64,000 nucleotides of DNA from Gammaproteobacteria bacterium (GTDB lineage: Bacteria; Pseudomonadota; Gammaproteobacteria; HyVt-429), in contig JAADGI010000018.1 in the NCBI GenBank assembly GCA_013152415.1, forward strand, positions 13,046-77,045, written 5' to 3'. Shown in pieces: positions 1-10,454 of this stretch (position 1 is the stretch's first letter; each line of letters begins with the position of its first letter). The translations under genes and the position numbers were made by a program. The notes under the pieces are model-generated. The model ran no database searches. It worked only from the letters and a program-made list of their open reading frames with translations, and was not told where the DNA came from.

Positions 1-2
1 TA

Positions 3-458
3 ACACGCATCCTCTGTCTGCCCGGCCGCTTCATGGAGATTGGCCGCACCTGTATCGATAGTGCGTACCGCAGCAGTTCCGCCCTGGCCGTACTGTGGCG
101 TGGTCTGGCACACATCATGGTGGCGCAGGACATTGACTATCTTATTGGCTGCGCCAGCATCCCGGCAGACCCAGGTCTTAGCTACGTAGCAACGGTGATG
201 ACCGAGCTTCGGCGGCGCTGCTACGCACCGGAGCACCTGCGAGTCTATCCCAGGGTGCCCATGGTATGCCGCAAGACCACGGCCAGCGAGTCTATTTCTC
301 TGCCACCCTTGCTCAAGGGCTACGTACACTCCGGGGCCATGGTCTGTGGTGAACCCGCCTGGGACGAGGCATTCAATGTGGCGGATGTCTTCATTCTGCT
401 GGAACGCGACCGCCTGGACCGGCGCTACGCCCGGCGCTTCGTACGCCGTGTTAACTGA
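3..458 (+). CDS. GNAT-family N-acyltransferase, OlsB-like (5'-truncated by the window edge)
   Basis: Frame is open from base 3. Motifs EIGRTC, LAVLWRGL, YLIGCASI and PPLLKGY...CGEPAWDEAFNVADVFILL are typical of OlsB-like acyltransferases. Directly followed by a PlsC-type gene. Confidence 0.8.
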   Translation, partial: TRILCLPGRFMEIGRTCIDSAYRSSSALAVLWRGLAHIMVAQDIDYLIGCASIPADPGLSYVATVMTELRRRCYAPEHLRVYPRVPMVCRKTTASESISLPPLLKGYVHSGAMVCGEPAWDEAFNVADVFILLERDRLDRRYARRFVRRVN

Positions 459-460
459 CT

Positions 461-1285
461 TTGCTCACTCCTACCCTTAGACGGACCCTGCGCCTGCCGG
501 TTCTGGGGGCCTTGCTACTGGGTGGTGTACTGACAGCATCGCTGGCCCGGATATTCTTGGGATCTTTGTGGTATCAGCAATCCATCGGCAGCAAGCTGGT
601 TACCGCCTGGATGCAGCAAATATGCTGGACACTGGGAATCCAGGTACAGACACACGGTATACCCATACTGAAAACTGCTCTGCTGGTGGCCAATCATATC
701 TCCTGGCTCGATATCATCGCCCTACGCTCGGTGCACAACACGGTGTTCCTGGCCAAATCAGAAATCAGGGACTGGCCAGTATTAGGTTTCCTCGCTGCCC
801 TTAGCGGTACCCAATTCATCTGTCGCAACAGGCCACGCGCTACTCGCCGGGCCATGGCCAAGCTAACAAATCTGCTAAGAGACGGGCGCAACGTTACGCT
901 GTTTCCAGAAGGCACTACCCTGGATGGCCACACCGTGGGCCCCTTTCATTCTGCCCTCTTTCAGTCTGCCATTGATAGCAAATGTCCAATACAGCCACTG
1001 GGACTATGCTATACGCACCAGGGCAGGATTGACCCGCTCGTGCCCTTCATTGGTGACGACCCCTTTCTGAGCCACCTGTGGCGTATCCTGGGGCGCAAAC
1101 ACATACAGCTCGATATTTATTCAACACCACCCATAAGCCCGACGGCCACCAGCCGAATAGAACTCGCACAATCCGCCCGGCAATGCCTGTTACGGGTGAT
1201 CCCACCCACGGATACGACAACAACGGACTGGCGCCGGCCAAACTTGAGACAGATGAGAATCGGGCAAACCGATGTCATAAAATAG
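461..1285 (+). CDS. Lysophospholipid acyltransferase (PlsC/OlsA-like)
   Basis: Catalytic NHISWLD (HxxxxD), FLAKSEI and LFPEGTT motifs. TTG start 2 nt after the upstream stop. Confidence 0.85.
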   Translation: MLTPTLRRTLRLPVLGALLLGGVLTASLARIFLGSLWYQQSIGSKLVTAWMQQICWTLGIQVQTHGIPILKTALLVANHISWLDIIALRSVHNTVFLAKSEIRDWPVLGFLAALSGTQFICRNRPRATRRAMAKLTNLLRDGRNVTLFPEGTTLDGHTVGPFHSALFQSAIDSKCPIQPLGLCYTHQGRIDPLVPFIGDDPFLSHLWRILGRKHIQLDIYSTPPISPTATSRIELAQSARQCLLRVIPPTDTTTTDWRRPNLRQMRIGQTDVIK

Positions 1286-1322
1286 TCCTATTTACCGATG
1301 GCCGTCGTGGGGGGACTACAAA

Positions 1323-1356
1323 TTGTCACACTACTGTCATAAATCGGGGCTATTCT
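1323..1356 (+). promoter_or_regulatory. Pho box (PhoB site) with a -10 element
   Basis: TTGTCAC-ACTA-CTGTCAT (1323-1340) has the 11-bp direct-repeat spacing of the CTGTCAT consensus. TATTCT lies 10 nt downstream (1351-1356), just before pstC. A weaker copy, ATGTCAT-AAAA-TAGTCCT, is at 1272-1289. Confidence 0.8.
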
Positions 1357-1366
1357 CACCGGCTCC

Positions 1367-3640
1367 ATGACTATCCCTGCCCAAGACACCTCCGAGGCCC
1401 TGCAAAAGGCCCTGCACAACACCCGCCACAGGCGATTGCGTGCACTGAAAGATCGCTTTGCGCAGTGGAGTATTGCCGCTGGGGGAGTAGGGGTCATCAT
1501 CGCCATTGTGCTGATCTTCTTCTATCTGGTGTGGGTGACCCTGCCCCTGTTTCAGCCCGCATCCCTGCATAAAACCGCTCAATACCCAGCCCCAGGGGAT
1601 GCCGATGCAGTCACACGGTATCTGGCCATGGAGGAACAGCACGAGATTGGTGTGCGCTTTACCGACCGTGGTCAGGTGGTGTTTTTTGCCGCCAACAACG
1701 GAAAAATTATCTCCCAGGTCAATAGCAAACTGCCCAAGAATATTGGCATCACCAGCTTTACCGCCGGTGCCCCTAACAAGGCCACCGTGGCCTACGGCCT
1801 GGATGATGGCCGTGCCCAGGTCTTGCGCCATGTTTATGATGTGACCTTTCCTGGTGACCACAGACTGATTACACCCCGGCTGGAAAACCCACTGGGAGAC
1901 GCCCCCCTGGTGGTGGACCCCAAGAAACACCCCCTGGTACAACTCGCCGTTCAGGTCGGTGAGGATACCGCCACCCTGGTGGCGGCCACCGATGACCACC
2001 GGCTGCTGCTGCTGGGATTGGAAAAATCAGAGTCTTTACTCGATGATGGGGAGTGGACCACGACCCGTACCGAACTCCAGGCCCCAGCTGCCCCCATTAC
2101 ACACATCATCCTCAATCTGGACCAACGGGAACTCTACGCCGCCGACCAGGAAGGGCGTATCAGTTTTTATGACATCCGCGACAAATCCGCACCTCGCCTG
2201 GTGCACACGGTTGCCGCAGTCCGTGACGGCGTACAAATCAGTGCCTTACAATTCCTGTCCGGGGGAATCTCTATCATGGTAGGGGGATCCGATGGCAGCC
2301 TGAGCCAATGGTTTCCGGTACGTGATTCGCACAACAACTACACCTTGTCCGCCATTCGCCGTTTTGACCCCCTCACCGGTCCGGTCACGAGCATTACCCC
2401 GGAGTTTAGCCGTAAGGGTTTTATGGCGGCTGGCCAACGGGGCCAATTCAATATCTACCACAGCACCGCGCACAGCACCGTGCTGCGTAAAACACTGTCA
2501 AAATACAGTGTAAACCAATTGGCGATTGCACCCAGGGCCAATGCCTTGCTGCTGGAAGACGCCAGCCAACAGATACAGTTTTACCTCGTCGACAACGAGC
2601 ACCCTGAAATTTCATGGTCCTCACTTTGGAGCAAGGTGTGGTACGAGGGTTATGACGCACCGCAATATCTGTGGCAATCGTCTTCTGCCTCTAATGATTA
2701 CGAACCCAAATTCAGTCTGACGCCCATCACCTTCGGTACCCTCAAGGCGGCCTTCTACGCCATGTTGTTCGCCATACCCCTGGCCATCCTGGGTGCCATC
2801 TACACCTCCTATTTTATGGCGCCGCGCATGCGCAGACTGGTCAAGCCGAGCATCGAGATCATGGAGGCCCTGCCCACCGTAATCCTCGGTTTTCTGGCCG
2901 GACTATGGTTGGCGCCCTTTCTGGAGAAACACCTGCCGGGGGTATTTTCCCTGCTCATTATTCTGCCCGTGGGGGTGCTGTTATTTGCCTACCTTTGGCA
3001 GTGCGCACCCAAATTACTACGTGATTGTGTCCCCGAGGGTTGGGAGGGGGCGCTCCTCATCCCTGTCATTATCCTGATCAGTTGGGCGGCCATTTCCATC
3101 AGCCAACCCATGGAACAATGGTTCTTCCAGGGTGATATTCGCAAGTGGCTATCCAATGATATGGGCATCCAGTTTGACCAACGGAATTCCCTGGTGGTGG
3201 GGCTGGCGATGGGTTTTGCGGTCATCCCCACGATCTTTTCCATTGCCGAAGACGCCATATTTGGGGTGCCCAAGCACCTCACCCAAGGCTCCCTTGCCCT
3301 GGGGGCCACCCCCTGGCAAACCCTCAGCCGGGTTGTCATCCTCACCGCCAGCCCAGGTATCTTTTCCGCCATCATGATTGGGCTGGGTCGTGCGGTGGGC
3401 GAAACCATGATTGTGCTGATGGCCACCGGTAACACCCCGGTCATGGACTTCAGCATCTTCCAGGGCATGCGCACCCTGTCTGCCAATGTCGCCGTGGAAA
3501 TGCCTGAGGCCGAAGTGGGCAGCACCCACTACCGGGTGCTGTTTCTGGCGGCAACGGTGTTGTTTGCCGCCACATTTCTGTTCAACACCGCCGCAGAAGT
3601 CGTCAGACAACGGCTGCGTAAAAAATACAGCAACCTGTAG
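1367..3640 (+). CDS. pstC: Phosphate ABC transporter permease PstC, long form with a periplasmic beta-propeller-like domain
   Basis: C-terminal permease motifs GTLKAAFYAMLFAIP, EIMEALPTVILG, GSLALGATPWQT, GRAVGETM. First gene of the pstC-pstA-pstB-phoU run. Confidence 0.93.
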   Translation: MTIPAQDTSEALQKALHNTRHRRLRALKDRFAQWSIAAGGVGVIIAIVLIFFYLVWVTLPLFQPASLHKTAQYPAPGDADAVTRYLAMEEQHEIGVRFTDRGQVVFFAANNGKIISQVNSKLPKNIGITSFTAGAPNKATVAYGLDDGRAQVLRHVYDVTFPGDHRLITPRLENPLGDAPLVVDPKKHPLVQLAVQVGEDTATLVAATDDHRLLLLGLEKSESLLDDGEWTTTRTELQAPAAPITHIILNLDQRELYAADQEGRISFYDIRDKSAPRLVHTVAAVRDGVQISALQFLSGGISIMVGGSDGSLSQWFPVRDSHNNYTLSAIRRFDPLTGPVTSITPEFSRKGFMAAGQRGQFNIYHSTAHSTVLRKTLSKYSVNQLAIAPRANALLLEDASQQIQFYLVDNEHPEISWSSLWSKVWYEGYDAPQYLWQSSSASNDYEPKFSLTPITFGTLKAAFYAMLFAIPLAILGAIYTSYFMAPRMRRLVKPSIEIMEALPTVILGFLAGLWLAPFLEKHLPGVFSLLIILPVGVLLFAYLWQCAPKLLRDCVPEGWEGALLIPVIILISWAAISISQPMEQWFFQGDIRKWLSNDMGIQFDQRNSLVVGLAMGFAVIPTIFSIAEDAIFGVPKHLTQGSLALGATPWQTLSRVVILTASPGIFSAIMIGLGRAVGETMIVLMATGNTPVMDFSIFQGMRTLSANVAVEMPEAEVGSTHYRVLFLAATVLFAATFLFNTAAEVVRQRLRKKYSNL

Positions 3641-3648
3641 CCAGAAAA

Positions 3649-5343
3649 ATGAACAGCAACAAACAAGACCATCGGGATATGAATCATTCAGCCAAAAACT
3701 GGTTCAAGAGCGGTTCACCCTGGGTGTGGCTTACCGCAGCAGCGGTCAGTGCCAGCATCATCATGGTCGCTGGCCTGCTTGCCCTGATTGCTGTCCGTGG
3801 ACTGAGTCACTTTTGGCCCACTCCGGTAATGGTGGCGGATTATCATGAGTCCGACACGCGCACTGTGCACATCATCGGTGAAATACGGGATAGCGAGTCG
3901 GTGCCCCTGGCGCGTCTACATGCCAACGGTGAGACCATCAAAAGCGACAGTGAATCCATCACCCGCTACCTGCTGCGTGTCGGCAATCGGGATATACAGG
4001 GCCTGGATTTCCGTTGGGTACTGAAACCCAAACTCAGCCAGCAACACTACCCCGACGCTGTCATGGTCATTGAGCGTCGTGAGTGGGGAAATTTTTACGG
4101 TCATCTCCAGGCCATTAAGGAAGATGGAAAGGTCGTTAAAGAAGGCGACAGGGCCTGGGACGCATTACAACAACGTATCGCCCGCACACAAAAGATATTC
4201 AGTGAGATCAGGGAGATTGAGAAAGACGACATCGGTGCCATCAACTATCGGTTGGAACGCCTGCGCCTGGATGAGCGCCACATGGAAATCGCCAATAATA
4301 ACGATGCCGATGATCGGGCATCCATTAGCCGCGAGAGGGCCGTACTGCAGGCCCGTTACAAGGGCCTGCAACAAAAGCTGGTCCAATTGTATGCCGACAT
4401 CGGCCGAGATGTATTGGTCGCGAAAACAGGTGAGGGGCGAGTGGTGGATATCCCCCTGAGCAAGGTTGTGCGCGCCTATCGGCCCAACGCCATGAGTTTT
4501 TTAAAAAAATGCCTGTTCTACGCTGAAAAGCTGTGGGAGTTTGTCAGCGATGAACCACGCGAGGCCAACACCGAAGGGGGCATATTGCCCGCCATCTTTG
4601 GTACGGTGATGATGGTCATCCTCATGTCAATATTCGTCACCCCCTTTGGGGTTGTTGCCGCCGTGTATTTGCGTGAATATGCCAAACAAGGTCCACTGAC
4701 CCGCACAATCCGTATTGCGGTAAATAATCTCGCCGGTGTGCCCTCCATCGTCTACGGTGTGTTCGGCCTTGGATTTTTTGTCTACTTTCTGGGAGGCTCT
4801 CTGGACCAATTATTTTACCCGGAAGCCCTGCCGGCACCGACCTTTGGAACACCTGGCATCCTGTGGTCCTCGCTTACCCTGGCATTACTCACTCTGCCGG
4901 TGGTGATCGTCGCCACCGAGGAAGGCTTGAGCCGTATACCCAAATCGATCCGCGAGGGTAGCCTGGCGCTCGGCGCGACCAAGGCGGAGACATTGTGGCG
5001 AACAGTATTGCCTATGGCCAGCCCGGCCATGATGACCGGGCTGATCCTGGCCATCGCCCGTGCTGCGGGTGAAGTCGCACCACTGATGCTGGTCGGTGTG
5101 GTAAAACTTGCGCCTTCTCTGCCGTTAGACACCAACGCCCCCTTTCTACACCTTGAACGTAAATTTATGCATCTCGGGTTTCACATTTATGATGTGGGTT
5201 TCCAGAGTCCCAATGTCGAGGCTGCACGCCCGTTGGTCTATGCTACCTCCTTGTTGCTGGTCCTGGTCATCATTGCCCTCAACCTGACGGCCATTGCGGT
5301 GCGCAACCACCTGCGTGAAAAATACCGCGCACTTGAGTCATAA
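3649..5343 (+). CDS. pstA: Phosphate ABC transporter permease PstA, long form
   Basis: PREANTEGGILPAIFGT, NNLAGVPSIVYG, REGSLALGATK, ARAAGEVAPL. Confidence 0.95.
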   Translation: MNSNKQDHRDMNHSAKNWFKSGSPWVWLTAAAVSASIIMVAGLLALIAVRGLSHFWPTPVMVADYHESDTRTVHIIGEIRDSESVPLARLHANGETIKSDSESITRYLLRVGNRDIQGLDFRWVLKPKLSQQHYPDAVMVIERREWGNFYGHLQAIKEDGKVVKEGDRAWDALQQRIARTQKIFSEIREIEKDDIGAINYRLERLRLDERHMEIANNNDADDRASISRERAVLQARYKGLQQKLVQLYADIGRDVLVAKTGEGRVVDIPLSKVVRAYRPNAMSFLKKCLFYAEKLWEFVSDEPREANTEGGILPAIFGTVMMVILMSIFVTPFGVVAAVYLREYAKQGPLTRTIRIAVNNLAGVPSIVYGVFGLGFFVYFLGGSLDQLFYPEALPAPTFGTPGILWSSLTLALLTLPVVIVATEEGLSRIPKSIREGSLALGATKAETLWRTVLPMASPAMMTGLILAIARAAGEVAPLMLVGVVKLAPSLPLDTNAPFLHLERKFMHLGFHIYDVGFQSPNVEAARPLVYATSLLLVLVIIALNLTAIAVRNHLREKYRALES

Positions 5344-5355
5344 CCGGTAATCAAC

Positions 5356-6195
5356 ATGAGCAAACCGACTACACCCACCCATGCCATTGATGTCAGCGCC
5401 CTGACCCACCGGGCCTCTGGTCAGATTGATTTCGAACAGGAAGATATCTGTCTTGAAGTGCAGGATCTCAACCTCTATTACGGGCAGAAACAGGCGCTCA
5501 AAGACATCAATCTGCACATACCTGCAAAACGCGTGACGGCCTATATTGGGCCCAGCGGTTGCGGTAAATCGACCCTGTTACGCTGCTTTAATCGCATGAA
5601 CGATTTAATCGATGTCGTGCGTATCGAAGGTCGCATTCTGCTCGATGAACAGAACATTCATGATTCCTCGATCAATGTTGCCGATCTGCGCAGGCGGGTG
5701 GGCATGGTCTTCCAGAAGCCCAACCCCTTTCCAAAATCGATCTATGAAAATGTCGCCTACGGCTTACGCCTACAGGGTGTCAATGACCGCAGGACCCTGG
5801 ACGAGGCGATAGAAAAGGCATTACGACGCGCCGCACTCTGGGACGAGGTAAAAGACCGTCTAACGGAAAATGCCTTGGGTCTGTCTGGCGGCCAACAACA
5901 ACGTTTGGTTATTGCACGCGCTATTGCCATCGAGCCAGAGGTATTATTGCTTGACGAGCCGGCCTCAGCACTTGATCCTATCTCGACCCTAAAGATCGAA
6001 GAACTCATCTATGAATTAAAAAATAATTACACTATCGTCATCGTTACACATAATATGCAGCAGGCAGCGCGGGTCTCGGACTACACCGCCTTTATGTATC
6101 TCGGTGAGGTCATCGAGTTTGGTGACACCAACACATTGTTCACCAATCCGCAGGAAAAACGCACGGAAGATTATATTACCGGCCGCTACGGCTAA
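5356..6195 (+). CDS. pstB: Phosphate ABC transporter ATP-binding protein
   Basis: Walker [28 protein letters not shown] signature, LLLDEP, C-terminal YITGRYG. Confidence 0.97.
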   Translation: MSKPTTPTHAIDVSALTHRASGQIDFEQEDICLEVQDLNLYYGQKQALKDINLHIPAKRVTAYIGPSGCGKSTLLRCFNRMNDLIDVVRIEGRILLDEQNIHDSSINVADLRRRVGMVFQKPNPFPKSIYENVAYGLRLQGVNDRRTLDEAIEKALRRAALWDEVKDRLTENALGLSGGQQQRLVIARAIAIEPEVLLLDEPASALDPISTLKIEELIYELKNNYTIVIVTHNMQQAARVSDYTAFMYLGEVIEFGDTNTLFTNPQEKRTEDYITGRYG

Positions 6196-6234
6196 CACCC
6201 CAGGCAAACTTATTGGTACAGAGGTTTATCGACA

Positions 6235-6951
6235 ATGGAAAAGGGCGACATCGGACACCACATATCACAACAATTCAACGCCGAACTGGAAGATATTCGT
6301 AACCGTGTTCTTGGCATGGGTGGATTGGTTGAACAACAACTGGCTGAGGCAATACTGTCTCTGATTGAGGCAGATCGCGATATAGCCGAACGCGTCATCA
6401 CAACCGACTACCAGGTCAACGCCCTTGAGGTCTCTATTGACGAGGAATGCACAAAGATTCTTGCCCGTCGGCAACCGGCAGCCAGTGATCTGCGACTTGT
6501 CATCGCCGTTATCAAGACTATCACTGATCTGGAACGTATCGGCGATGAGGCGGAACGTATCAGCCGCATGACCCTGTATTTAAGCGATGACGCAAAACTC
6601 AATAAGGCACTGTATGTGGAAATTGAACATATGGGTAATCATGTTCGCAAAATGCTGCATGATGCCCTGGATGCCTTTGCCCGAATGGATGTGGAAGTTG
6701 CGCTCAATACCGCCCGTGAAGATGAAAAAGTTGACCGTGAGTATGAGAGCATCATGCGCCAACTCATGACATATATGATGGAAGACCCTCGATCAATTCC
6801 ACACGTTCTTAATGTAATGTGGTCGGCCCGTGCACTGGAGCGTATTGGTGACCGCTCCTGTAATATCTGTGAATATGTAATCTATCTGGTCAAGGGAAAG
6901 GATGTTCGTCACGTCAGCATGGAACAAATGGAAAAAGACGCCCAGCCCTAA
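6235..6951 (+). CDS. phoU: Phosphate signalling protein PhoU
   Basis: HISQQFNAELE, RQPAASDLR, DLERIGDEA, ALERIGDRSCNICEYVIY. Confidence 0.96.
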   Translation: MEKGDIGHHISQQFNAELEDIRNRVLGMGGLVEQQLAEAILSLIEADRDIAERVITTDYQVNALEVSIDEECTKILARRQPAASDLRLVIAVIKTITDLERIGDEAERISRMTLYLSDDAKLNKALYVEIEHMGNHVRKMLHDALDAFARMDVEVALNTAREDEKVDREYESIMRQLMTYMMEDPRSIPHVLNVMWSARALERIGDRSCNICEYVIYLVKGKDVRHVSMEQMEKDAQP

Positions 6952-6997
6952 AAAAAGCAGCCGGTAAGCCCGTGACAAACAACCAGGGGACTTATTT

Positions 6998-8263
6998 CTA
7001 GGTCAGAAATATCCCTTTAAACATAAAGAAAAACATGATGGACAGACCGGCGCCCGCAGGTAGGGTAATGGCCCAGGACATAAAGATACTGCCGACAACG
7101 CGCAGGTTCAAGGCCGCTATACCTCGTGCGAAACCCACACCCAACACTGCACCCACCAGGGTGTGGGTGGTGGAAATAGGCATACCGGTATAGGAGGCCA
7201 TCACCACGGTCCCGGCCGCTGCAATCTCCGCAGCAAACCCACGGCTGGGTGTCAATTCTGTAATTTGACGCCCCACCGTGCGCATGACCCGGTAACCAAA
7301 GGTTGCCAGCCCCAGCACAATGCCTGCACCCCCCAACAGTAATACCCAGGGAGGTAAAACGGACTGCTGCAACACTTCACCCGTCGTGGCCACACTTACT
7401 ATCGCCGCCACTGGACCCACCGCATTGGCCACATCATTTGAACCATGGGCAAAGGCCATGGCCGATGCGGTAAAGATCATCATCAAACCGAAGACCTTCT
7501 CTACATTGGTATAGTGGAATTTACGGTCTGCCTTGGGGTCCATTTTGATGCGCCGAATCATAAGTCCACCAATAAAAGCAATGCCCAAACCCAGGCTGAC
7601 GGCCACCAAGAAGGCTTCACCATTACCAATATCCAGGCCCACATGCTTCAGCCCCTTCTTGATGGTAACCATGGCGATAAGAAAACCTACGGCAAATAAA
7701 TATAGGGGACCGTATCGCTTGGCATTTTCAAAGGGACGCTCGGTATTAAGTATCAATTTTTGAACACTGGTAAAGATCATGTAAGACAAGATACCGGCAA
7801 ACAGCGGCGACGCCACCCAACTCAGGACAATGGTCCCGACCTTGCCCCACTGCACCGCATCGACGTCCACACCAACAGCGGCAAAACCCACTACCGCACC
7901 CACGATAGTGTGGGTGGTGGATACGGGCCAACCGTTTCGCGACGCAATGAGCAGCCAGGTCGCCGCCGCCAGTAAAGCGGCGAGCATGCCATACACCAAT
8001 ATATCGGGTGATGCCTGGCAGCCCACACAAAAAACATCCGAATCAATGATGCCCTTACGTATGGTCTTCGTCACCTGCCCCCCGGCCAGATAGGCACCGG
8101 CAAATTCGAAGATTGCGGCAATAATGATGGCCTTTTTTACAGTTAAGGCCCGAGAACCTACCGACGTTGCCATGGCATTGGCGACGTCATTGGCGCCGAT
8201 ACCCCAAGCCATAAACAAACCAAATACACCGGCCAGAATGATATAAATTGTCATCTGATCCAC
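6998..8263 (-). CDS. PiT-family inorganic phosphate transporter
   Basis: Two signature repeats, GANDVANAM and HGSNDVANAVG, plus PVSTTH and PISTTH. Multi-TM. Confidence 0.95.
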   Translation of the reverse strand: MDQMTIYIILAGVFGLFMAWGIGANDVANAMATSVGSRALTVKKAIIIAAIFEFAGAYLAGGQVTKTIRKGIIDSDVFCVGCQASPDILVYGMLAALLAAATWLLIASRNGWPVSTTHTIVGAVVGFAAVGVDVDAVQWGKVGTIVLSWVASPLFAGILSYMIFTSVQKLILNTERPFENAKRYGPLYLFAVGFLIAMVTIKKGLKHVGLDIGNGEAFLVAVSLGLGIAFIGGLMIRRIKMDPKADRKFHYTNVEKVFGLMMIFTASAMAFAHGSNDVANAVGPVAAIVSVATTGEVLQQSVLPPWVLLLGGAGIVLGLATFGYRVMRTVGRQITELTPSRGFAAEIAAAGTVVMASYTGMPISTTHTLVGAVLGVGFARGIAALNLRVVGSIFMSWAITLPAGAGLSIMFFFMFKGIFLT

Positions 8264-8278
8264 TGTTGTCTCCCCCCC

Positions 8279-8956
8279 CTATTTGGCCAACAACAATTGC
8301 AAACGACTGCCCACTTTTTCAGCGTAGTCGCCCACATTACCAATCCATTCCAGGAGCCTATAGGTGAACATAACATCTGTGGGTCTTAGGTCGTCTTCCA
8401 TAGCAAATAGCATATCGCGTAGCTCGACTTGATTTTTATCGGTCTCACTTTCGATGGTATTAATCTCTGTTATCATCTCTTCCACGCGTTCTACTTCGAG
8501 ACCGCGAAAACCAGTCTCCAACAATTCATCCAACTCATTAATCACATCCAGAGCCTTAGCCACGGCATTGATACTGCAATCACCATATTGCAGAAACAGT
8601 GTGTGCATGGCCTTGGGAACAGTCATCTTTCGACCCACAATCAGACCAGCGATATCTTTTGCCCGATTGGCGATATTGTCTTGCATCAACAACAATTCGA
8701 GCAGGTCGCGGCGATCAATAGGCATAAACAGCCCTTTGGGCAGGTGATTGCGCAACTCTTTTTTCATTGAATCGGCATCGTTCTCCAGCTGGCTGATAAT
8801 GCGCTGGATTCTTCTCACCTCATCTTGATCATCGTCCACCATGGCCTGCAACAGAGGCTTTAACTGGGAAACACACCCAAACACCTTGCTCATGTGCTCT
8901 TGCAAGGGACGTATAGGTGAACGACCAAAGAGGTTTGTCAGATAACTATTGGCCAC
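8279..8956 (-). CDS. DUF47/TIGR00153 family Pit accessory protein
   Basis: FGRSPIRPLQEHM, LENDADSMKKELR, PIDRRDLL, IGNVGDYAEKVG. GTG start at 8956 follows GGAGG. Directly upstream of the Pit gene. Confidence 0.9.
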   Translation of the reverse strand: MANSYLTNLFGRSPIRPLQEHMSKVFGCVSQLKPLLQAMVDDDQDEVRRIQRIISQLENDADSMKKELRNHLPKGLFMPIDRRDLLELLLMQDNIANRAKDIAGLIVGRKMTVPKAMHTLFLQYGDCSINAVAKALDVINELDELLETGFRGLEVERVEEMITEINTIESETDKNQVELRDMLFAMEDDLRPTDVMFTYRLLEWIGNVGDYAEKVGSRLQLLLAK

Positions 8957-9345
8957 CGTAGTGTCCTCCAAATATTTTGGAATGAAGGGCGCACCCCGCT
9001 ATAGCAGCCACATTCTTAGGTGCTTGAAGCGCCCAATCTGGATCATGGGGTACGGTGAGTCTCGTCTTCTGTCGACGCGTAACATGGATGGGCCATAAGG
9101 TCACACAAGATAAAGACCGACAACAAAGTTGTTTTGAAGAAAAGGAAGAAAACTGCCGACTGACAACATCTACGCCAGCTTGATTTCCAGAAAGTATAAA
9201 ATATTTTTTTATCATGTCTTTTACAAGTACCGCCCCCAGTGCCCCGTGATGCTGCCTACCGGCACTCTGACCTGCTTTTAGCCCCTGCAATTGGCGCGCA
9301 GTATACATTCACACCAACCGAACACAAACCCTGGCTAAGTAGAAA

Positions 9346-10380
<1,035 letters not shown>

Positions 10381-10454
10381 TCAACCTGGAGAGCACATCA
10401 TGGCCTGGCCCCGGAGCAAAAATCAAAGAGGACGCCATCAACCCAGCCCAATGG

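Noticed and set aside
1367-5343. Unusually long PstC and PstA as a novelty
   Set aside because: Long forms with periplasmic insertions are already known from Pseudomonas- and Vibrio-type pst operons.
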